32,000 bases of DNA from Candidatus Paracaedimonas acanthamoebae (lineage in GTDB: Bacteria > Pseudomonadota > Alphaproteobacteria > Caedimonadales > Caedimonadaceae). The notes below the pieces were generated by a model. That model did no database searches and had not been told where the DNA came from. It saw only the letters and a program-made list of their open reading frames with translations. The stretch is taken from NCBI GenBank assembly GCA_000743035.1, contig CP008936.1:60001-92000 (forward strand), in the 5' to 3' direction. Both the position numbers and the translations under genes were made by a program. Shown here piece by piece: positions 27,611-32,000 of this stretch (position 1 is the stretch's first letter; every line of letters begins with the position of its first letter).

Positions 27611-28039
27611 TCATTTTCTTGCGGAAGAGAGAAAAATAAATAAATAGGAAAGATGATAGTGCGCAATTGTGTCGCGAATATCTTTGGTCATATTGATGAG
27701 CTCTTTCCTTTCGCTATCGTAGCTTGCACTATCGTCACTACTGTTAAGTGAGTCATCATGTTGAGGCGGTAATTGTTGAGGAAGAACAGCGGTAAAGCTT
27801 GCTTTATCTTCTATTGCATCCATAGAATGACTTGATGGAGCGACAGGTTTATTTCTACGCAAAAAAAGACCATACTGAGTAAGTGTGCGTGTGGCTAAAA
27901 CCTTAGGGTGTCCAGTTTGGGCAGAAGAGCCACAATCGTAAAGAACACCAAAAGGTTGCACCTGATTTTCAGCATAAACAGCAAGTTGGGCACTTCCTTG
28001 GCCTACATGAAAATATGAAAAGCTGGTAATTAACCTCAA
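27611..28039 (-). CDS. Hypothetical protein, possibly a truncated remnant
   Basis: 142 aa. The N-terminus FHVGQGSAQLAVY...GVLYDCGSS loosely resembles the start of ComEC-type metallo-beta-lactamase domains. The ORF stops (YLFIFLSSARK*) about where an HxHxDH motif would be expected. The middle is Ser/Asp/Gln-rich and low in complexity. Confidence 0.4.
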   Translation of the reverse strand: MRLITSFSYFHVGQGSAQLAVYAENQVQPFGVLYDCGSSAQTGHPKVLATRTLTQYGLFLRRNKPVAPSSHSMDAIEDKASFTAVLPQQLPPQHDDSLNSSDDSASYDSERKELINMTKDIRDTIAHYHLSYLFIFLSSARK

Positions 28040-28105
28040 TTTAGAGATTAGCTACCAAAATAAGTGGTCCTGTATTTTCTTATTTCTTGCAACACAACGC
28101 ATCAA

Positions 28106-28888
28106 CTAATCATATTTAAATTTTATCTTTCTTGAACTAGCTGCTTGTCGTAGTTTTTCAATACCTTCAGGTGTAAAGTTGTTATTTGTAATATCTGCAT
28201 ATTGAAGAGCAGGCATAGATAGCAAGTCAGAGATGCAATTGTCATCAAGCTCATTCATAGACAGATCAACTACTTTTAGCGATGATAAGCTCTTTAGTAA
28301 GTTTACAGCATCATTCTTCAAATAATTGCTTCCAATATATAATTCCTCTAAACTACTTAAGGACATTAGATGTTTAATACCTTTAATCGTTATGCCATTG
28401 TACTCTACATTCAGCTTCTTGAGAGTAAGCATACTTCCAATAGGTGCAACTCCATCGTCATAAAGAGTACAGGCTTTAACAAATAACTCTTCTAGAGACT
28501 TCAAATTAGGGAGAAACACGGAACCTTCCTTTCCAAATGGGTTTTCAGATAGGTCAAGCGTTACAATTTTTAGCTTCTTTTTTACTAATTGAGAAATTTC
28601 ACTTGGCGTTAGATTATTATTGGAGAAATTCAAGGCATAGCTTGGGTCTTCAAGAGCAATAAAATCATCCATAGAGCCAACAGCGCTGCTGAGATCGATT
28701 ACAATTCTATTTGGCTTGGTGGAACTTATCTCTAGAGACATAACTGGAATAACTCTTTGTTGAAGAATACTTAACTGCCCAAGCTCTTGAGATAATACTT
28801 CTGTTGCATGCAATTGGCTAGCATTGCTTACCACACCTAAGCTCACACTAAGCAAAGCTATTTTTCTTAATGATAGGTTGGACCTCAT
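28106..28888 (-). CDS. Secreted leucine-rich repeat protein
   Basis: Signal peptide MRSNLSLRKIALLSVSLGVVSNASQLHA|TE. At least 6 consecutive ~24-residue LRRs (LKIVTLDLSENPFGKEG.., LKSLEELFVKACTLYDDG.., LTLKKLNVEYNGITIKG.., LSSLEELYIGSNYLKNDA.., LSSLKVVDLSMNELDDNC.., MPALQYADITNNNFTPEG..). AAGGAG RBS upstream. Confidence 0.85.
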   Translation of the reverse strand: MRSNLSLRKIALLSVSLGVVSNASQLHATEVLSQELGQLSILQQRVIPVMSLEISSTKPNRIVIDLSSAVGSMDDFIALEDPSYALNFSNNNLTPSEISQLVKKKLKIVTLDLSENPFGKEGSVFLPNLKSLEELFVKACTLYDDGVAPIGSMLTLKKLNVEYNGITIKGIKHLMSLSSLEELYIGSNYLKNDAVNLLKSLSSLKVVDLSMNELDDNCISDLLSMPALQYADITNNNFTPEGIEKLRQAASSRKIKFKYD

Positions 28889-28976
28889 TTATTATGCTCT
28901 CCTTAATTGATTGTATTGTCAGATACATAGTATTAATTTGTATACTTTTCAAGTACAAAGATCCTGTATCTAGTAT

Positions 28977-29494
28977 TTATTGATTAAATACTCTTGGTTT
29001 AATTGTATTTAAAGATGTATTTATTGTTGGGTACATGGTAATTATAAGCCCGTCTAAATTTTTCCATCCGGTGTCTTTTAAAGAGTTCTTTATAATATGA
29101 TCTGTAATATTTTGAACATTAAATAGCATTACTAAAACTGTTTGTGACTCTGTTGTGTCAAGCTGAATTTTGTCCTCTTCCATTTTCACGTATTTATCAG
29201 CAATTTTCTTATTATAATTATAATCAAGTACAAGCTTGGCTGTTCCTTTAGTATCTCTAAAAAGCAATCTAGCCTGGCCTGATTGAATAAGCTGTTGGAT
29301 CGTACTAACTTCCTGAGGGTTTATTTCATCGTTTAATACAAAAAACTCAGCTTTCTTTGCTGCATGAGTACCTAATTTTCCTCAATAGAATGTTTCCATT
29401 TTTGATACTCGCCTTGAGAATGTTCTTTAAATTTATCTTTTACTCGTTTCGCGCTACGCTTGTCGCTTAAAACATGCAGCACTATGCTTTGCAT
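28977..29494 (-). pseudogene. Frameshifted or decayed hypothetical gene
   Basis: Minus strand. The ATG at 29494 gives MQSIVLHVLSDKRSAKRVKDKFKEHSQGEYQKWKHSIEEN* (stop at 29372-29374). A second frame is open from ~29381 (GKLGTHAAKKAEFFVLNDEINPQEVSTIQQLIQSGQARLLFRDTKG...) to 28977, but its first ATG/GTG/TTG is the TTG at 29267. The two frames overlap at GGAAAATTAGG. Confidence 0.35.
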
Positions 29495-29692
29495 TAGCTG
29501 TTGATCTTGCTCAATGTCTTTTACCTAGATTTTAAAGCATTAGAGAAAAATTTATCATATAACAATTAAGAATAAGTAAGCAATTAACAATTAATTTTTT
29601 AAATATATCCTATTAAGGGGGACGTATTCTTAGAGGTTCGAAAATTCTTAAAGAATGCATCCTTTACAAAATGGCTGCATAAATCGACTTTT

Positions 29693-29914
29693 TCAGGGTG
29701 AACTCGATATCGTGGTTAAAAATAAAATGATAATATGGCTAATAAAATTTCTAGCAGATAAGGGAATAACCCCAAAAGACTTTAGCATAAAAAAATTATG
29801 CTTCTCCATGCAGGGAGAGGGGATGCTAAGAAATAAAAATTTAGTCCTTAAAGTGCAAATCTCCAGAAAATATTTTTTTATTCTTGTTTTTCTTTGTTCT
29901 TGTTTTTTTGACAT
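29693..29914 (-). CDS. Small hypothetical protein (73 aa), doubtful
   Basis: Perfect AGGAGG (complement of 29920-29925) 5 nt before the ATG (29914). The product MSKKQEQRKTRIKKYF... has a basic N-terminus and a hydrophobic tail. No similarity recognised, and the SD could be chance in a purine-rich strand. Confidence 0.25.
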   Translation of the reverse strand: MSKKQEQRKTRIKKYFLEICTLRTKFLFLSIPSPCMEKHNFFMLKSFGVIPLSARNFISHIIILFLTTISSSP

Positions 29915-30045
29915 TTTTGCCTCCTATTGTTATCTATTATTGTTCATATTTCCATCTACTTCTTTGTGTCTTCTTTCTACATTCCTACCCCGTGTCTCTC
30001 ACGCACAGTGAGGACCTTTTACTGCCTTTCAACATCTTCTGGTTT

Positions 30046-30243
30046 CCTGAGATCCTTGGGACAAGGCTGGGGATGACCGTGTGGGTGATAGCCCTGAAGC
30101 TCATCAATTTTAATTCTTTTATTTCCAACCATTTTTCTTCCCTTTTTATTTATTTCCACTTGGGTCTCACCAATGAGATCCAAGTCCTTCAACCTCTGTC
30201 ATCCTAGGCCCTGTGCCTAGGATCCCAAGCAACATAAAGACCT
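30046..30243. repeat. Tandem repeat, copy 1 core (198 nt)
   Basis: Aligns without gaps to 30332-30529 with 3 mismatches that I can see (30056 T/C, 30087 G/A, 30107 A/G). Contains hairpins at 30158-30185 and 30201-30223. Confidence 0.9.
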
Positions 30244-30331
30244 TACTTGTCACCTTTCGTTGTTTCTCTCTCACATCACCCCTACCACGCATGATGAAGA
30301 ACTTCTGGCACCTATTTACACCTTCAGGCTG

Positions 30332-30529
30332 CCTGAGATCCCTGGGACAAGGCTGGGGATGACCGTGTGGGTAATAGCCCTGAAGCTCATCAGTTTTAAT
30401 TCTTTTATTTCCAACCATTTTTCTTCCCTTTTTATTTATTTCCACTTGGGTCTCACCAATGAGATCCAAGTCCTTCAACCTCTGTCATCCTAGGCCCTGT
30501 GCCTAGGATCCCAAGCAACATAAAGACCT
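30332..30529. repeat. Tandem repeat, copy 2 core (198 nt)
   Basis: Offset of exactly 286 nt from copy 1. The 88-nt linker upstream of each core is only weakly similar between copies. A diverged echo of the CCTAGGCCCTGTGCC motif occurs at 30730-30744. Confidence 0.9.
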
Positions 30530-31441
30530 CTCATGTTCCCTTTCTATGCCTTTCAGGCTTTTCTAGGTCGCCGTCTTTGCGAGGATGAAAAAGAACAGAA
30601 TGTTATTCCTTTTACGCCAAACAGTTCTGTCCTTCATTCACCTTTCCCAGTTCCTTGCCAGACTCTCAGACTTTCTCTAGGTGCACACCGGAAAATATGA
30701 CCTTGAGTTTGGCATTCCTCTTCGGTGAGCCTAGACCCTCTGCCGAGAATCCAAACGACCCGAAGCTCTCTCTTGTGCCCCCATTTTGTGCCTTTGGGCA
30801 TCCTTCTGACTCCCCGCCGTCGCGAAGAGGATCAGAAAGGAACGACAGAAAAGACCTGTCTCACGCTTGGGACCATTTAGCCCTCCCTGATGAGTTGAAA
30901 TCTTCGGCACGACGCTGTCGATCACAAGCGAGAAGAGATCTGGTCCTTGCCTTGCATCGTCTAATCTTGCAAAATACCTCCCCTCCATTCCACTCACTTC
31001 ACCTCGCCTTAAGGTACCAGGCATAAGTTTTTGAAAGGATTTCCTTCTCCCTTTTCCCCGAGGGATCGACCTCTGGAAAAAGGCAAAGAGAGGGCATTTG
31101 CTCAAAAAGAGCGTTCAAAGGCTTATTTGTTTAATAATTTAGGTTTTTATCCCTGTCTTATTCTTCTTCTTATTGGATGGCTACAGAGACTTAGTAAAAG
31201 GATTATCAAGATTTGTGAGATCCAGATAAGGAAGAAAATCATCTCTGACCATCTACTATTAGACTATCATATCACGATACAAAATTCAAGAAAATTCAAT
31301 CCAAAATTCAAATAAATAAGCATTTAATATCAAGGATTTAAAATAATATTTGAGGGAACTTTTAGACATGGAAATAACCACTTAAAACATCTACATAAAA
31401 AAGCTTAAATCTGATTAAAAGATAATAGAAAAATATCCGTC

Positions 31442-32000
31442 TTACGCATGCCCTGATTCTAGTGACAAAAGCTCGGGATCAACCCCAATCTTATTAAGAA
31501 CTTGTTTCCACAGAAGATCCAATTCCTTTGTAAAGATAAGATCAAGATCGGCCTCCACCATCAGCCAGCAATTTTGCTGAAGTTCAGTTTCTAGCTGGCC
31601 AGCGCTCCAGCCTGTATAGCCTAAAGCTAAGATCTTCTTTTGGGGGCCATGTCCACTTGCAATCTCATTTAAAATGTCAACAGTTGCCGTAAGAGCAATA
31701 TCCTCATTGATTTTGACAGAGGCTTTATGCAAATAATCTGTTGAGTGAAGAATAAACCCTCGCCCCATTTCAACAGGGCCGCCAAAGTGAATGGGCATTT
31801 CTTCTTTGATCAAAGGTGTTTTAATATTTAACTGATCTAAGAGCTCTTGGAGAGTGAGAGAATCAATGAGGCGATTTAAAACTAGCCCCATCGCTCCTTG
31901 CTTATCATGTCCACAAATTAAAATAACTGCATGAGTAAACCGAGGATCCATAAGTTGAGGCATCGCAACGAGAAGTTTACCTGTTAAAACGTCTGTTGAT
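31442..32000 (-). CDS. yqgE: YqgE/AlgH family (UPF0301) protein, 5' end outside the window
   Basis: LTGKLLVAMPQLMDPRFTHAVILICGHDKQGAMGLVLNR matches the family N-terminus. The frame stays open from the ATG at 31963 to base 32000 with no start codon in between, so the true start lies beyond the window edge. Confidence 0.85.
   Translation of the reverse strand, partial: STDVLTGKLLVAMPQLMDPRFTHAVILICGHDKQGAMGLVLNRLIDSLTLQELLDQLNIKTPLIKEEMPIHFGGPVEMGRGFILHSTDYLHKASVKINEDIALTATVDILNEIASGHGPQKKILALGYTGWSAGQLETELQQNCWLMVEADLDLIFTKELDLLWKQVLNKIGVDPELLSLESGHA

Noticed and set aside
29783-29801. Hairpin AGCATAA-AAAAA-TTATGCT as a terminator
   Set aside because: The stem is AT-rich with 7 bp and has no flanking U-run on the + strand and only a weak one on the minus strand. 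This is not distinguishable from chance in this AT-rich spacer.
29655-30011. 118-aa + strand ORF
   Set aside because: It has no Shine-Dalgarno. Its second half is a translation of the pyrimidine-rich tract (FLCSCFFDIFASYCYLLLFIF...). It overlaps the minus-strand ORF, which at least has a perfect RBS.
30046-30529. CRISPR array
   Set aside because: There are only two copies of a 198-nt unit with an 88-nt, partly related linker. The repeats are far too long, there are no cas genes, and there is no regular short repeat-spacer pattern.
30887-30904. Hammerhead-like CUGAUGAG...GAAA on the + strand (also CTGATGAG on the minus strand of each repeat unit)
   Set aside because: No stem II can form between CUGAUGA and GAAA (only GUU intervenes), and I found no matching stems I or III or a cleavage triplet.
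30530-31110. Known housekeeping RNAs in the GC-rich block (RNase P RNA, tmRNA, SRP RNA, group II intron)
   Set aside because: The nearest look-alikes are AGAGAAAGTCTGAGAG versus the GAGGAAAGTCCGG core, and GACAGAACTGTTTGGCG versus ACAGAAYCCGGCTTA. Both are too divergent and are in the wrong order and spacing. There is no tRNA-like TTCGA-ending acceptor arm, no GGTCAGGTCCGGAAGGAAGC SRP core, no GTGCG 5' end, and no domain V hairpin.
29884-31315. ORFs 29884-30207, 30260-30493, 30655-31026, 31031-31315 (+) and 30167-30478, 30731-31105 (-) as protein genes
   Set aside because: They overlap each other on both strands and have low-complexity Pro/Arg/Ser/Leu-rich products. The shared C-terminus of the first two simply reflects the DNA duplication. 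The 286-nt period is not divisible by 3, and the three core differences are all non-synonymous in the longest frame.

Overview
AT-rich window from a Gram-negative bacterium. LptCAB, CcmAB and the trx-TPR / LON-N-domain / Trm112 neighbourhood point to an AT-rich, possibly host-associated alphaproteobacterium; this lineage call is inference only. About 85% of the window is tightly packed housekeeping genes: fieF, polA, rpmH-rnpA, tRNA-Leu(CAG), a small RNase D-like exonuclease, kdsD-lptC-lptA-lptB, nhaA, gmk, an MFS exporter, an APA-type antiporter, xseA, trx-TPR, a LON-N domain protein, Trm112, ccmAB, mutT, an N6-MTase, ispB and yqgE. I saw no rRNA, CRISPR array, or intact transposase or integrase. 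Two parts are not ordinary. (1) 5552-11167 holds a compact type II secretion / type IV pilus-like module directly after rnpA. It has a GspE/PilB ATPase, a GspF/PilC platform protein, one bitopic protein that looks like a fused PilM/GspL-type plus PilP/GspC-type assembly factor, and two unusually large prepilins. No secretin or prepilin peptidase is present, and the ATPase P-loop reads GKI instead of GK[ST]. (2) 27473-31441, between ispB and yqgE, is an accessory stretch read on the minus strand. It holds a truncated-looking ORF, a secreted leucine-rich-repeat protein, a frameshifted gene remnant, a small ORF with a perfect Shine-Dalgarno, and a ~1.4 kb ORF-poor block. That block is visibly GC-richer than its surroundings, strongly pyrimidine-rich on the + strand, and contains a 286-bp tandem duplication with 198-nt near-identical cores carrying conserved hairpins. 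I could not match the block to any RNA family or mobile element from memory, and it is the best candidate for something undescribed. Smaller items are a secreted 8-Cys protein with a D...ExK nuclease-like signature, a uORF-containing leader in front of the MFS exporter, and a decayed locus where rpoN normally follows lptB.
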